From contig OZ242351.1 in the NCBI GenBank assembly GCA_965208675.1, forward strand, positions 3,616,001-3,680,000: a DNA stretch of 64,000 bases. The letters are read 5' to 3'. The notes under the pieces are model-generated. The model was given only the letters and a program-made list of their open reading frames with translations. It did no database searches and had not been told where the DNA came from. Positions 29,363 through 39,833 of the stretch are shown here, piece after piece; position 1 is the stretch's first letter, and each line of letters begins with the position of its first letter. Position numbers and translations under genes: made by a program. Source of the stretch: Candidatus Poribacteria bacterium. Its GTDB lineage: Bacteria > Poribacteria > WGA-4E > PCPOR2b.

Positions 29363-31288
29363 ATGTGTATGGTCGTACCCTACGGCTCATGGAAATCGCC
29401 AATCACTGCGGACGTTATCGTGTCTGAAACCAGCCGGTTTGGAGGACTTGCGCTTGACGGAGAGGATGTCTATTGGGTCGAGAGCCGCCCAGCGGAAGCA
29501 GGCAGATACATAATCGTTCGACGGACCCCGGACGGGCGGACAGAAGATATGACGCCAGTCCCGTTTAACGCTCGCACGCGCGTTCACGAATACGGAGGCG
29601 CAGCCTTTGCCGTCAGTGGCGGGACAATTTACTTCTCCAACTTCGCAGATCAACGCCTGTATTGTCAAAAGCCTGGCCGCACACCGTATCCGATTACTCC
29701 CGATGCCCCGCTGCGTTATGCAGATGGTATTTTTGACCGCCGCCGCAACCGGTTAATCTGCGTGTGCGAAGACCACACTGATGTCGAAGGCGAAGCCGTC
29801 AACAGCCTGAGTGCCGTCCGGCTTGCACACACACCGGACGTGCAGGTGCTTGCCTCTGGCGGTGATTTTTACGCCAGTCCGCGCCTAAGCCCGGATGGGT
29901 CTCAACTCGCTTGGCTCACTTGGAACCACCCGAACATGCCGTGGGACGGATGCGAACTCTGGGTCGGCGAGGTTAAGGAGGACGGATCCATCGGTCAAAC
30001 CGTAAAGGTTGCAGGCGGGCAAGATGAGTCGATTTTTCAACCCGATTGGTCTCCGGATGGCGTGCTGCACTTTGTCTCCGATCGAACTGGCTGGTGGAAT
30101 CTGTACCGCAGGAGCGATGGCGGCATCGAGCCGATGCGCCAAGTGGAGGCAGAGTTCGGGCGGGCGCAGTGGCTGTTCGGGATGTCCACCTATGCGTTCG
30201 AATCAGCCAATCGAATCATATGCACCTTCAACGAGCGAGGTGCCTGGTATCTCGGAAATTTCGATACAACTACGGGTAAGTTTGAACGAATTGAGACGCC
30301 GTATTCAGAAATCTCCTTTCTCCGGTGTGGTTCCGGGCACGCCGTTTTCTACGCGGGTTCGCCGACTACGCGCGAATCCATTATCCGACTCGACCTTGCC
30401 ACGCGCCAGACTCAGGTCCTGCGCCATTCAAGCAATGTTGTGATTGATGCTGAATATCTGTCCGTACCCCAAGGGATTGAGTTTCCTACTGAAAATGGGT
30501 TTACAGCATACGCCTTCTTCTACCCGCCCCAAAACTGCGGATACACCCCCCAATCCAGTGAACGTCCGCCGCTGATTGTTGTGAGCCACGGAGGGCCAAC
30601 CGGGGCAACATCGACGGCTTTAGACCTGAAGATTCAATACTTGACGAGCCGTGGTATAGCTGTGCTGGACGTGAACTATGGCGGCAGTACAGGCTATGGA
30701 CGTGCGTACCGCCAGCGGCTTAACGGCCAGTGGGGAACAGTTGATGTCGATGACTGCGTGAATGGCGTGCATTACCTCGCCTCGCTCGGTGCAGTTGACG
30801 AAGGCCGGACTGCCATCCGCGGCGGCAGCGCGGGAGGTTACACCACCCTCTGCGCCTTGACCTTCCGAGACACCTTCAAGGCAGGTGCAAGCTACTACGG
30901 TGTTAGCGACCTTGAAGCATTGGTACATGACACACACAAGTTTGAATCCCGATACCTAGATAACCTTATTGGCCCTTATCCGGAGCAACGCGATCGTTAC
31001 CGTGAAAAATCACCAATTCATTTCACCGATCGGCTATCGTGCCCGTTAATATTCCTCCACGGTCTTGAGGATAAAGTTGTTCCGCCCAATCAGGCGGAGT
31101 TAATGGTTGAGGCGTTGCGCGCAAAAGGGATGCCTGTCGCCTACCTGGCGTTTGAAAGCGAGCAGCACGGCTTCCGCCGCGCCGAAAATATCAAACGCGC
31201 CCTTGAAGCTGAACTCTACTTTTACGCAAAGGTTTTCGGCTTTGCACTTGCCGATTCGGTAGAGCCGGTGCGAATTGAGAATCTCTAG
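29363..31288 (+). CDS. S9 family peptidase (prolyl oligopeptidase/acylaminoacyl peptidase)
   Basis: PYGSWKSPIT, HGGPT, GGSAGG, DKVVPP, EQHGF. Confidence 0.95.
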   Translation: MCMVVPYGSWKSPITADVIVSETSRFGGLALDGEDVYWVESRPAEAGRYIIVRRTPDGRTEDMTPVPFNARTRVHEYGGAAFAVSGGTIYFSNFADQRLYCQKPGRTPYPITPDAPLRYADGIFDRRRNRLICVCEDHTDVEGEAVNSLSAVRLAHTPDVQVLASGGDFYASPRLSPDGSQLAWLTWNHPNMPWDGCELWVGEVKEDGSIGQTVKVAGGQDESIFQPDWSPDGVLHFVSDRTGWWNLYRRSDGGIEPMRQVEAEFGRAQWLFGMSTYAFESANRIICTFNERGAWYLGNFDTTTGKFERIETPYSEISFLRCGSGHAVFYAGSPTTRESIIRLDLATRQTQVLRHSSNVVIDAEYLSVPQGIEFPTENGFTAYAFFYPPQNCGYTPQSSERPPLIVVSHGGPTGATSTALDLKIQYLTSRGIAVLDVNYGGSTGYGRAYRQRLNGQWGTVDVDDCVNGVHYLASLGAVDEGRTAIRGGSAGGYTTLCALTFRDTFKAGASYYGVSDLEALVHDTHKFESRYLDNLIGPYPEQRDRYREKSPIHFTDRLSCPLIFLHGLEDKVVPPNQAELMVEALRAKGMPVAYLAFESEQHGFRRAENIKRALEAELYFYAKVFGFALADSVEPVRIENL

Positions 31289-31411
31289 CGATAAACTGAG
31301 CGGGTAGCGAAGGGAAGACTATCGCGCTCCTTATCTAGTCACTTAATCTGTCTACTATGAATCGACAAATAGGCACTTGTCTTACGCAATACCTGAAAAA
31401 GGATGCTTTGC

Positions 31412-32897
31412 AATGTTCACTAAACGAAAGTACAAACTGTATTGCAGACTATCCCTGATTCAGATTTCGATTTTTTCCTTTATCGGTATCTGGTTTTGCC
31501 TTTCAGGTTGCGGCGAAGAGGAGACACCTGCACCAATCATTGTCAAAACGACAACGCCGCCTACGCTTATCGCTACTAATGTGCAAGGCGGCCCGATTCC
31601 TGTCAATACACCAATTATCCTCATTTTCAGTAAGAGAGTCCATCTAACCTCCGCACAACGCGGAATCTCAGTTCGATCTGCCATTGACGCCGAAGTTGTC
31701 AAAGGGGTTATCACCCTTGAGCAGCAGAATCGCGCAGTCAAATTCACACCGACAGAACAGATGACAGCCGGACCTTACGTCCTGACAGTTTTGGGTGTTG
31801 AGGATTTGGAAGACAACACATTAACCACGCCTTTTTCAATCTTTTTCAATACGGTTGAAGTCGATATCACACAACAACCCGCAGACGTTATACCGCCTAG
31901 GGTTGTAAATACTATTCCTGTTGAAGGTGGCTCCGTCAAAGCAACCGGCAGTCTTGTGGTACGTTTCGATGAAGAAGTGGATCCTGTTTCAGCACAAGCG
32001 GGCATCGTGGTTTCCGGCATTGAAGGGCTCGTTGAGGTTGGCGGCGCTGTGGCTGTATTTAAACCGCAGAAGCGGATGGCGGTTGGTAAACACACACTAG
32101 CCATTCTCGGCGTAAGGGATTTGGCGGGGAATGTCATGGGAACTTCCGTGCTCCTTTCCTTTGAGGTCATTGCACCGCCCGCTGATGAGATTACCCCACC
32201 CGTTTCAAGACCGCCGCTAATAACCGGTGGGCGGGTCATCTTCTGGGAGGCTGAGAATTTCACCGCGAAAAACGGAAATGGTATTGGGGTGTTTAAACCT
32301 CCGCATCAGGACACAGGTGCAAATAACGCACAGTATAAGATTGTCGAAGCGTCTAACGGCGCATTTGTCGGTTCAGAAAACGGCGCGGGGGGTGTCTCGA
32401 ACTCCTGGCTCAAATATGTGTTTAACGCCTCAGTGGCAGGGGATTGGTATTTCTGGGGAAGGGTCATTGGCCCTCCGAATAGCGACAATTCTTTCTTCTG
32501 GGGGGTGGATATCAAGGATGCTGATGCCAAGTCAGTGGACAACGGTACCATCAACATCTGGGATTTCAATGAGGCAGCCGGCGGCTCGGTGAATTTCCCA
32601 TTTGGCAATCCGGCGCCGGCGAAAATTTTACATCAGTGGGCGTGGTACCGGTTGAGCAGCCGCAGCGGACCTTTTCCGGGCAGAGGCTCATACGACGATC
32701 CAACGCCTCTGGAATTGACGGCGGGCAAGCATACGTTTCACCTCATCGATAGGGAGGATGGGGCGTATTTGGATGCTGTTTTTGCAACGACGGACAAAGC
32801 ATTCGATGCCAATGAAACGCCTCCTGACGGCAGGCTCTCCGTCGAACCGCACGGCAGATTAGCAACAATGTGGGCAAACCTCAGGCGAGTTAAATAA
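31412..32897 (+). CDS. Lipoprotein with two Ig-like (Big_5-type) domains + CBM-like paralog domain + C-terminal motif
   Basis: LSGC lipobox; F.K.V/FDEEVD Ig repeats; WEAE..WLKY.F..GDWYFW..DNSFFW; SVEPHGRLATMWANLR. Confidence 0.82.
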
Positions 32898-32962
32898 TTA
32901 TTCCCTGGTTGAAGCGTTGAACTTTCCCCCATTCGTTGAATAGCCAAAAATAAGATTTTCTA

Positions 32963-33190
32963 ATGTGGGGTTCACTGATGATACTTTGGGAATGGTACAA
33001 AGGTAGAGTTTATACAAAAGGCAAATCCGAAGGTATGTCTGCAGGTATAATTGAACAACAACAGAAGTGGGAAGAGTGGAATACCCGTCAATGCAAAACT
33101 GAAGCTGAAGGTACTAAATTTGATGAACCCCCGCCACATGCCGAATATGGATCGTCTATAGATGAATCTACCCATACGAACAAAAACTAG
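32963..33190 (+). CDS. Small hypothetical protein
   Basis: 75-aa ORF, GKSEG..WEEWN..FDEPPP; possibly truncated. Confidence 0.45.
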   Translation: MWGSLMILWEWYKGRVYTKGKSEGMSAGIIEQQQKWEEWNTRQCKTEAEGTKFDEPPPHAEYGSSIDESTHTNKN

Positions 33191-33361
33191 TTAATCCGTA
33201 AAATACCATTTCAAACCTCCCACCTTTGGCACACTCCAACGGTTTTTTATTCTCTGTACAATTCACGTTGAAATTAATACATCCTGACGATTCAACCTTC
33301 CTAAAAACGCCGGCAACAATCCTTCCTCCGCTGATAAAAACCCAAAATTCTTTTATTTCAA

Positions 33362-33390
33362 TTGACCGAAATTCTGATTTATGCTATAAT
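33362..33390 (+). promoter_or_regulatory. Sigma70-type promoter
   Basis: TTGACC-N17-TATAAT, extended -10. Confidence 0.6.
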
Positions 33391-33448
33391 AAGCCATTCT
33401 GTGTCGGTACAGTTCGAAATCGATAACATATTGAAAGGAGAGACATAT

Positions 33449-34168
33449 ATGCGACAAATCACCTTTTTCACATTAGCTAGTGTCGTCGCCTTAAGCCTAA
33501 TCGTTTGCACGGCAGATGCACAGCATCAAAGAGGCTGGGAGGCGGAAAACTACACAGACCGAAGCGGCGATGGTATGCAGATTTTCAATTCTCCGCATTC
33601 AGCATCAAATGGGGGTGAATACACAATCTCTGATGCTTCCGGCGGTGCATTTATCGGTTCTGACAATGGTGCAGGAGGCAGTTCAAATTCTTGGTTTAAA
33701 TATGCGTTCAACGCCCCAGTGGCAGGAGGTTGGTATCTCTGGCTAAAAGGTATCGGCCCGCCAAATAGCGACAATTCTTTTTTCTGGGCGATAGATATCG
33801 CAGATGAAGACGCTGCGTCAGCAGATAACGATCAGATAAACATTATTGATTTCAATGAAGCCGCTGGCTCCTCACAGAATTTCCCGCTTGGCAACCCACC
33901 TCCGGAAGGCGCAATACATGACTGGATGTGGTTCCGTGCAGGTAGCCGCGGCGGACCGTTTTCTGGAGTCGGTGATGCAACGCCTCTCGAATTATCCGCG
34001 GGTACGCATACGTTGCACATTATGGATCGAGAGGACGGAGCTTATCTGGATGCCTTCTACATAACAACCGATGCGGATTTCAACGCCAATGAGACTGAAC
34101 CCATAGCCGTTGAATCTCAAGGTAAATTAGCAACAACCTGGGCAAATCTCAAGGGGCAAACACGCTAA
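33449..34168 (+). CDS. Secreted CBM-like paralog 2
   Basis: AAGGAG RBS, signal peptide, WEAEN..WFKYAF..DNSFFW; AVESQGKLATTWANLK. Confidence 0.85.
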   Translation: MRQITFFTLASVVALSLIVCTADAQHQRGWEAENYTDRSGDGMQIFNSPHSASNGGEYTISDASGGAFIGSDNGAGGSSNSWFKYAFNAPVAGGWYLWLKGIGPPNSDNSFFWAIDIADEDAASADNDQINIIDFNEAAGSSQNFPLGNPPPEGAIHDWMWFRAGSRGGPFSGVGDATPLELSAGTHTLHIMDREDGAYLDAFYITTDADFNANETEPIAVESQGKLATTWANLKGQTR

Positions 34169-34265
34169 TTTCGTCCTTGTTTAACATGCATCAAATATGG
34201 TATAAGCGCGTATTCCGACAAAATTGACATTTTTCACAGTCGATTTTTACATGAGGAGGTCAAGT

Positions 34266-35015
34266 ATGCGATTCATTACCTTTTTCACGCTAGTTAGTCT
34301 TGCCCTCTTGAGCGTTCTTACAATCGAAGCAAGCGCCCAAGAATTTCAATTCGCCGCAGAAGACTTTATCGCGTCCAGCGGAGAACGGTGGCAAATTCTC
34401 ACGCCTCCGTTCTCAACCGTGGCATCGGACAACCCGAACCGGGCTCCGGAACTTCCGGAAAATCGTGAGTACACCATTACGGAGGCGGTCGGAAACGCTT
34501 TCATCGGCTGGCCTGATGGACCGGAGGCTTGTTGCGGGGATGGCAGTTGGGTAAAATATTCAGTTAACGTACCAGCAACAGGGACATGGTACCTCTGGGC
34601 ACGGGCTGTCGTTGCGACACAGGCAGATAATTCGTGGTTTTGGGCGTTCGATTTGGCTGATGACGAGGTGGTTTCTGACGACGCCAACGGTGCAGGCCCG
34701 ATGAACATCTGGGATGTCCTTGAGAATGCCGAGTTGCATGACCGGTATACGCTCGATTGGACCTGGTATCCGCTAGTTAGCCGCAGAGGACCGCATCCCG
34801 GTGGAGAGGTTGGTCAGTTTACCGCCGACCGAGTGGGTGTGGAGCTTTCGGCTGGCACCCATACGCTACACTTCAGCTACCGAGAACACTCCCAAATTGA
34901 TCACGTTTGGGCAAGCATGGAGCAGGCGCGCGACCCGAACGTGGATGCGCCGGCTTCTGTGAATCCGCGTGGGAAATTAGCTGCAAAGTGGGGAGATATC
35001 AAAGGCGGTTTTTGA
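34266..35015 (+). CDS. Secreted CBM-like paralog 3
   Basis: AGGAGG RBS, signal peptide, FAAEDF..CCGDG.WVKY; SVNPRGKLAAKWGDIK. Confidence 0.85.
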   Translation: MRFITFFTLVSLALLSVLTIEASAQEFQFAAEDFIASSGERWQILTPPFSTVASDNPNRAPELPENREYTITEAVGNAFIGWPDGPEACCGDGSWVKYSVNVPATGTWYLWARAVVATQADNSWFWAFDLADDEVVSDDANGAGPMNIWDVLENAELHDRYTLDWTWYPLVSRRGPHPGGEVGQFTADRVGVELSAGTHTLHFSYREHSQIDHVWASMEQARDPNVDAPASVNPRGKLAAKWGDIKGGF

Positions 35016-35048
35016 CCAACACACAAAACATAGTAAATTAGCTAGCTC

Positions 35049-35079
35049 AGGGTGTCCTGTAAAGGACACCCTTTTTTTT
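35049..35079 (+). terminator. Rho-independent terminator
   Basis: AGGGTGTCCT-GTAA-AGGACACCCT followed by a T run. Confidence 0.85.
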
Positions 35080-35281
35080 GCGCTTGAATTATTTTAGGTT
35101 CATGCTATAATTTAGTGCAGTTGGTGACCTCAAAATTGATAGGGTCCGATTCTATTTGCAGGGCTGGGTCGACTATTCAGATCATGAATTTCACCGTAGG
35201 GCAACCAGAAAAACTCGTCCTATTGTGAAGGATGGGATGGTCACATTTCTAACCACTAACACTATTACAAGGAGGAGGGCC

Positions 35282-36046
35282 ATGCGACTGCGGTATCCAA
35301 ATTTACTTATGTTAGTTAACCTTGTCATATTCAACATTGTCGCTTACGAGGCGAGCGGTCAAACGTTTCAATTTCAAGCAGAAGACTTCATTGAGCAACA
35401 AGGGCCGAGTTGGGAAATCTTGAGTGTCCCTTATACGGCAGCGGCATCGGGGCACGCCGAACGGGCGGCAGAGCTAATTGATAGTGATGGAAACAAAATT
35501 CTGGAGTTTACCATCGACGAGGCGTTCGGCGATGCGTTTATCGGCGATCCATCATCCGACGGCGGCTGTTGCGGCGACGGTGATTGGATTAAATATGAAT
35601 TCAGCGTCCCTATGACCGGAACATGGTACATCTGGGCGAGAGCCATTGCGCCGACGAGGGCAGAAAATGCGTGGCATTGGGGATTAGATATTGATGGGAG
35701 CGATATTGAGGCTGGCAACAACGATCAGAATCCGTCCCTAAATATCTGGGATCTATTCGAGGGAAGCCAGTTCACATGGTCTTCCGATTGGATGTGGTAC
35801 CCAATCAATAGCCGCAACGGTCCGTTTCCAGGCCTTGAAGTCGATCAGCTCACAGACAATCGAGTCGGCTTGGAAATCTCCGCCGGCAGCCACACCTGGC
35901 ACGTCGTCGATCGAGAACGAGCCTATATCGACATGTTTTGGGCAACAATGGAACAGGCACGAGATCCGAACGCAGATCCGCCGGTTTCCGTCAATCTACA
36001 AGGTAAATTAGCAGCACAGTGGGGAGATATCAAACGCAATCTTTAA
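35282..36046 (+). CDS. Secreted CBM-like paralog 4
   Basis: AGGAGG RBS before ATG 35282; FQAEDF..CCGDGDWIKY; SVNLQGKLAAQWGDIK. Confidence 0.85.
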   Translation: MRLRYPNLLMLVNLVIFNIVAYEASGQTFQFQAEDFIEQQGPSWEILSVPYTAAASGHAERAAELIDSDGNKILEFTIDEAFGDAFIGDPSSDGGCCGDGDWIKYEFSVPMTGTWYIWARAIAPTRAENAWHWGLDIDGSDIEAGNNDQNPSLNIWDLFEGSQFTWSSDWMWYPINSRNGPFPGLEVDQLTDNRVGLEISAGSHTWHVVDRERAYIDMFWATMEQARDPNADPPVSVNLQGKLAAQWGDIKRNL

Positions 36047-36197
36047 TCAATTCTTTGCAATACGGAAAAGGGATTGTTTCAATGCGGTCTGAATCACCCG
36101 CGGGGTTTGACGTTCTACTTCCAACGCTTCTGCATAGCGTACCTGTTAATCAACCGGCTCCCAAGAACACCTACTTCTACGCCCCGGCGTCAGAAAA

Positions 36198-37082
36198 ATG
36201 GACATAAGTTTTCAGGCTGATGGGGAAGGTTGGAACCTCGAGAAGTGCGCCGCGTGGGCACAAGCAAACGACTTCGACTGTGTACGATTGGCCGATAGCG
36301 GCGTGCTGGAGTCTGACCGAATTCTCACCGAGGGACCGGACAAAGTATTGGCGACACTCAATCAACACGGCCTCTATCTTGCAGCTATCACCTCACACTG
36401 CAATCTGCTGGACGACGATGAAAATGTTCGGCGGTCCGAACAGACCCGTCTGATGAAGGCGATCGAATCCGCGAACGTGTTGGAATGTCCCGTGGTAATT
36501 ACCGGCAGCGGCGCGCCGGTGAAGAACGGCCGGTTCTACGGTATGTACTCATCGCCGCCGGGAAATCCGAGCGACCGCTCGGCGGAACTAGTTGAACGAT
36601 TTGCAGAAATGTTTGCGCCGGTGGTCAAAGTAGCCGAGGACATAGATATCAAGATTGCCTTGGATGTAGCTGTACGCATGGGAAATATCGGTTGCAACCC
36701 TGAAATGTGGGACAAAATCCTGGACGCGGTACCCTCCGATCATCTTGGGTTGTCCTGCGACCCGTCACATTGGTTGTGGATGATGATTGCCCCAATCGAA
36801 GACGTAATTCGAGGTTACGCTGGTAAGTGGTACTATGCGGACGTAAAGGATTGCGAAGTAAATCCGCACATGCTATATCGACAAGGAATCATTGGCAACT
36901 GGTGGTGGCAGTATAGGGTGCCGGGAAGAGGCGCGTTGGATTGGGGCACTGTGATTGGTTCACTGCTAGAATCGGGCTACGATTATGTGCTCTGTGTGGA
37001 GAATGAGGACAGGGAAATGCCCGGTCTGGAGGGCATCGCCTATGGTTGCCGACATCTGCGCCAATTTTTGCCGCCCAAGTGA
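36198..37082 (+). CDS. Sugar phosphate isomerase/epimerase family protein
   Basis: GLSCDPSHW, VKD, YRVPGRGALDW, VENED. Confidence 0.85.
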   Translation: MDISFQADGEGWNLEKCAAWAQANDFDCVRLADSGVLESDRILTEGPDKVLATLNQHGLYLAAITSHCNLLDDDENVRRSEQTRLMKAIESANVLECPVVITGSGAPVKNGRFYGMYSSPPGNPSDRSAELVERFAEMFAPVVKVAEDIDIKIALDVAVRMGNIGCNPEMWDKILDAVPSDHLGLSCDPSHWLWMMIAPIEDVIRGYAGKWYYADVKDCEVNPHMLYRQGIIGNWWWQYRVPGRGALDWGTVIGSLLESGYDYVLCVENEDREMPGLEGIAYGCRHLRQFLPPK

Positions 37083-37222
37083 GCAGATTGTGACGCACCT
37101 CTCATGTCCGCAAGGAACTGCGGTTACGAACCCACCCCGATCTGCTGGTTTTACTACCCAGTCTTGCACCCTTGGTAAATAATACCGTTGTCAGTTCTCA
37201 AGCAGATACTTCAAGCTCAAAC

Positions 37223-37975
37223 CTAATACTGTTGCCTGATATTACCCCACGTTACCGCCAATTTCCCTTGCGGCGATACAGCTAACGATGGAAGTACCTT
37301 ACTCGGGTCTTGCGCTTTGTTGGTGGTGGCAAAAATCACATCAATATAAATCCCGTCTTCGCGGTGAACGATGTGCAGCGTATGGTCCCCGGCAGACAAT
37401 CTCACAGGTTTTGGATTTTGCCCGTTCTGCGTAGCTTCAGGTCCATTGAACGGTCCCGAACGGCTATTGATTTGGAACCATACCCAGTCAGAGGACAGTT
37501 CCCCCCGGAATTGCGCAGCTTCGTAAAAATCCCAAATATTCATGTGCTTATTGTCTTCGGACGCCGCCTTGTCATCGTCAATATCCAACCCCCAATAGAT
37601 TGAGTTATCGCCGACAGTCGGAGCAATAGCTCTCGACCATATGTAATAACTGCCTTCTGCCGGGACATTGAACGCATACTTAATCCATGCGCCCCCAAGA
37701 ACGTTGATCCTGTCGCCCGGACCATTGGGAATACCGATAAAGGCGCCGTTGGACGCCTCAGCGATAGAATATTTGCCTTTACCGCGAATCTCCTTTGCCA
37801 TGTGTTCATGCACTTGTACCGGGGCACTAAACGGCGGCTTCAATTTCTCCCACTCCTTTCCATCGGAGTCGATGAAATCTTCAGCTTCAAAGTGGAAGGT
37901 TTCCGCATTCATCTGAACAGCAACAAAGTTCATGATGATAAAGCTAGCAAGAAAGGTAACGGTCATAAATCGCAT
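37223..37975 (-). CDS. Secreted CBM-like paralog 5
   Basis: AGGAGG RBS; FEAEDF..WIKYAF..DNSIYW..HREDG; AVSPQGKLAVTWGNIR. Confidence 0.85.
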   Translation of the reverse strand: MRFMTVTFLASFIIMNFVAVQMNAETFHFEAEDFIDSDGKEWEKLKPPFSAPVQVHEHMAKEIRGKGKYSIAEASNGAFIGIPNGPGDRINVLGGAWIKYAFNVPAEGSYYIWSRAIAPTVGDNSIYWGLDIDDDKAASEDNKHMNIWDFYEAAQFRGELSSDWVWFQINSRSGPFNGPEATQNGQNPKPVRLSAGDHTLHIVHREDGIYIDVIFATTNKAQDPSKVLPSLAVSPQGKLAVTWGNIRQQY

Positions 37976-38303
37976 GAAAGTGACCTCCTTAACGCGTCAG
38001 GTTTTTGATGTTTGTAGACATGTTATTTTAGATAGCAACATCATCAATACACATAAAAAAATTAGGGGCGCACTAAATGGTGGAAGTTTCCCCATGTAGG
38101 AAAGTCAACTCGTATGGCTCTCCGCGGCCTGCTGAAGAGGCGGCATACAACTTCGCATCCGTAGAAACCGCCATCGCAACAGATGCGCGCTCGAATTTCC
38201 TCAATATTCGCCAAATATTATACAAACCTAATTTACCTTTGGCAACGACAATCTTGTTTCGAGTGTCCCATAAACTGCCAATGTTTACCAAAAGGGAAAT
38301 AAA

Positions 38304-39398
38304 ATGCACGGCAAAATGAAAATCGGAATTATCGGCTGTGGTATGATTAGCAGTACCTATTTCGGCGCCGCCCAGAACACCGATGTTCTAGAAATCAAAT
38401 CTTGTGCTGACATCAATATGCACGCTGCCCGGATCCAAGCGGACAAACACAACTGCCAAGCAGTAAGTGTTGACAAATTGCTAACCGATACAGAGATTGA
38501 ACTTGTCCTGAACCTGACTGTTCCCAAAGCCCATGGGGAAGTCGGGTTGGAGGTGTTGGAGGCAGGGAAGCACGTCTATAGCGAAAAGCCGTTTGCTGTA
38601 GACATTGAAAGCGGCGAAAAGCTTCTTCAAACCGCAACCAAACTGGGTTTACGCGTCGGCTGTGCACCGGACACATTTTTCGGGGCAGGGATTCAAACCT
38701 CCCGAAAGATGGCAGATGAAAACCGCATCGGCAAAATAATCGCCGGAACGGCATTCATGTGCGGACATGGTCCCGAAAACTGGCATCCGAATGCTCCATT
38801 TTACTTCGATATTGGCGGAGGTCCCATGATGGATATGGGACCTTACTACATCACAGCGCTTGTAAACATCCTCGGTCCTGTCAAGCGGGTCGCGGGCATT
38901 ACAGCCAAGGCATTTGACGAAAGAATACCAACTAGCGGCGCATTAAGTGGGGTGCATATTCCCGTACACACCTCCACACATCTGGCGGGCGTAATGGAGT
39001 TTGTTTCCGGTGCCGTCGTCACAATGATTATGAGTTTTGATATGTGGAGACACAGCCTACCGTGCATTGAACTATACGGTACAACAGGTTCGATGCAGGT
39101 CCCCGACCCGAATAATTTCGGGGGACCGGTGCGCAATTCTGATTCCGGTGGAGATTGGTACGATGTTCCGCTCGCTTTTCCACAGAATGCCCGCATGATT
39201 GGCGTTATTGATATGGTTCGTGCAATTCGATCGGGAAGAGAGCACCGTGCTAGCGGCAAGTTAGCACAACACGTTCTGGAAACGATGCTCGCGTTTGACA
39301 AATCTTCGCAGTCCGGCAAATATGTCCAAATTCAGAGTGCGGCGGAACGCCCCGCGCCGCTTCCAATCGGCCTTAACGAATGGGAAGTGGAAAGCTGA
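38304..39398 (+). CDS. Gfo/Idh/MocA oxidoreductase
   Basis: IGIIGCGMIS, GKHVYSEKP, GGGPMMDMGPY. Confidence 0.93.
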   Translation: MHGKMKIGIIGCGMISSTYFGAAQNTDVLEIKSCADINMHAARIQADKHNCQAVSVDKLLTDTEIELVLNLTVPKAHGEVGLEVLEAGKHVYSEKPFAVDIESGEKLLQTATKLGLRVGCAPDTFFGAGIQTSRKMADENRIGKIIAGTAFMCGHGPENWHPNAPFYFDIGGGPMMDMGPYYITALVNILGPVKRVAGITAKAFDERIPTSGALSGVHIPVHTSTHLAGVMEFVSGAVVTMIMSFDMWRHSLPCIELYGTTGSMQVPDPNNFGGPVRNSDSGGDWYDVPLAFPQNARMIGVIDMVRAIRSGREHRASGKLAQHVLETMLAFDKSSQSGKYVQIQSAAERPAPLPIGLNEWEVES

Positions 39399-39544
39399 TA
39401 TTAAAGCCTTGTATGTTTTGTAATCGTTGAGGATAGATTCCATCGAAAGGTCGTCGGAGTCTATTAAAAAAACAGGATAAAAAAGGATAGTTGTAATACA
39501 TCGGTGGGAATTCAAACTGACAAGTTAGAAAATCGTTGGGCAAA

Positions 39545-39620
39545 TGGTGGGGCGTACTGGATTTGAACCAGTGACTTCTACCGTGTGAAGGTAGCGCTCG
39601 TACCCCTGAGCTAACGCCCC
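39545..39620 (-). tRNA. tRNA-Val(CAC)
   Basis: Cloverleaf GGGGCGT...CTACC-TTCACAC-GGTAG...GTTCAAATC...ACGCCCCACCA. Confidence 0.95.
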
Positions 39621-39651
39621 ACTAGGCGAGAACGATAAACAAGTTGAAAAG

Positions 39652-39727
39652 TGGTGGGCCCACTAGGATTTGAACCTAGGACCTGCCGGTTATGAGCCGG
39701 CTGCTCTAACCACTGAGCTATAGGCCC
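39652..39727 (-). tRNA. tRNA with CAT anticodon, probably Ile2 (lysidine)
   Basis: GGGCCTATAGCTCAG..GCCGG-CTCATAA-CCGGC..GGGCCCACCA; lacks initiator features; lies downstream of rpoD. Confidence 0.9.
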
Positions 39728-39833
39728 ATCTGAAATTGTGACCTTAGTGTAAAAGGTTGACTTTGATTTGTCAATAGAATTCCAAAATGGGGCAATTGAC
39801 ATCAGTGAAGGCGAGAAACTCCTTCGGAGATAG

